A DNA stretch of 62,550 bases, counting the filler, from Basidiobolus ranarum (Eukaryota), in assembly GCA_040143965.1 (NCBI GenBank). It is 38 parts of 38 records of this genome, joined end to end, with 100 filler letters (N's around TTAATTAATTAA, not from the genome) between each part and the next. Parts side by side here need not be neighbours in the genome. Positions count along the whole stretch, not along the records: positions 61,011 to 62,550 come from JASJQH010004884.1; 37 more parts are not named here. One strand, given 5' to 3'. The translations under genes were made by a program, and so were the position numbers. Under the pieces are notes generated by a model. The model searched no databases, was not told the origin of the DNA, and was given only the letters and a program-made list of their open reading frames with translations. Positions 61,265 to 62,550 of this stretch are shown piece after piece. Within the stretch, counting starts at the first letter, position 1. Each line of letters starts with the position of its first letter.

Positions 61265-62550
61265 GACACTCCTGCCATCAGTAAACTTGGAGGTTTTTGC
61301 AGGCACAATGTACTATCCTGCTGTAGAGCGTGTCAAGTCAATGGAGTCTACTCTATTGGGCATATGCATTACTACTATCCAAATACTAAACTAAACTCCA
61401 TGACTTTACCATCAAGCGCCCAGTCAGATTTTAACACAATAACTGATATCAATTCACCAAATACTCAGTCTAACATCAAACTTGGTATTAGCTATAAGCC
61501 TAAGATTATATTGCTAAAGAGGATCAGCTGGAGCCAGAGCTACCTATTAGGCACTCTGCACTTACTATTCAACAACATTCCAATACTACTAACTCAGCTA
61601 TATAGTGGAAAATTCAATATGATGAGCCATTTGAGATAGGATCAAAGTTTGAATCAATTGAGAAAACGCTAGAAAACAGCAACATACCATCATATTTTAC
61701 TGGGACTCCCATCAATATCCACTCATCTATGTATTTATTCCAATTCAAAGACTGGAAGTATTGGATTTGTATATATTCAAGTGGAATCTTGAAAATATTT
61801 CTGCCTGATAAGTATTGGCAACAATGGGAGTTTTTTGTGGATGTTATTAATATATTCTTATAGCATCAACTCACATTGGCAGATCTCTGGCAGATACAGC
61901 AACTGTGCAAAGTTTTTTTAATTGGATATGAAAAAACTTTATTACAGGTTTAAAGAAGATCAACTGAATCTATGCCAGTATTTGATACATTCCCTGCTGC
62001 ATCTTTCACAATGCTTTGAGATTATAGGCCCTTGCTATACATTCTGGGAGTTTCCATTGGAGTATACCTGTGGTTAAATGATGCTCCATGTGAAGTTGTC
62101 AGTATTACCATATGCTAATCTGATTAATAATATATCAGCAAAATCAGTGATGCATATAATGTGATGGGTTAAGGAGACTCCAGAGTATATTAACCTTCCA
62201 ACAAAGGGCTCTTTCAATGTGCTCACAGGTTTTTGCATTGTTTGAGCACAATAACAGCAACAAAGCCTAATCCATGGACATAGAGTAAGTACCTCTATAA
62301 TTTGGACTAATTTGTTTATGTAATAATCAGATGGTATTTCTAGGTAAGCTGCAAGACAGATTTCCTGGTGGGATTGATTGAGATATGCAGTATTATTGTT
62401 TTAGCCATGGGTTAATCAATTCAAGCAATGACACATCTTCTTGTGGTAGGACATTTGTTGACTGCAAGTTGGGGATATTTTGGCTGAATTCTTTATGGAA
62501 ATTTGCCAAAATCCAAGAGCTTATTCTCATTATGAATGGTAACAAGAGTC
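61265..62550 (+). pseudogene. CACTA transposase, decayed copy
   Basis: Colinear with the reverse complement of 56320-57600; intron signals kept near 62285-62343. Confidence 0.88.

Overview
This window is not a contiguous locus. It is 38 unrelated short contigs (1557 down to 1540 bp, sorted by length) joined by 37 artificial 100-bp spacers (N44-TTAATTAATTAA-N44), so adjacency across spacers means nothing. The DNA is from an AT-rich, intron-containing fungal genome, probably an early-diverging lineage (inference). Host genes, all partial, are RPS4, sulfite reductase beta, MRE11 and myosin V, plus a complete tRNA-Thr(CGU). Most contigs are nested, CpG-eroded transposon debris: a very abundant CACTA/En-Spm family with CCCTAACA termini, several Ty1/copia families, a Tf1/sushi-type Ty3/gypsy family, a PIF/Harbinger(ISL2)-like family and non-autonomous TIR elements. 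Highlights: (i) an intronless, divergent virus/plasmid-like RNA polymerase second-subunit C-terminus followed by a hierarchical ~0.9-kb repeat array (34715-36260); (ii) two peptidoglycan-hydrolase gene ends missed by the ORF track (GH24 lysozyme 4732-4869; CHAP domain 59071-59268) and a SUKH/SMI1-like gene (27255-27785); (iii) retroelement cis-signals readable in the sequence: an 11-nt self-priming pair, a -1 frameshift stem and a half-tRNA PBS. All family calls come from motif recognition by eye; no searches were run.
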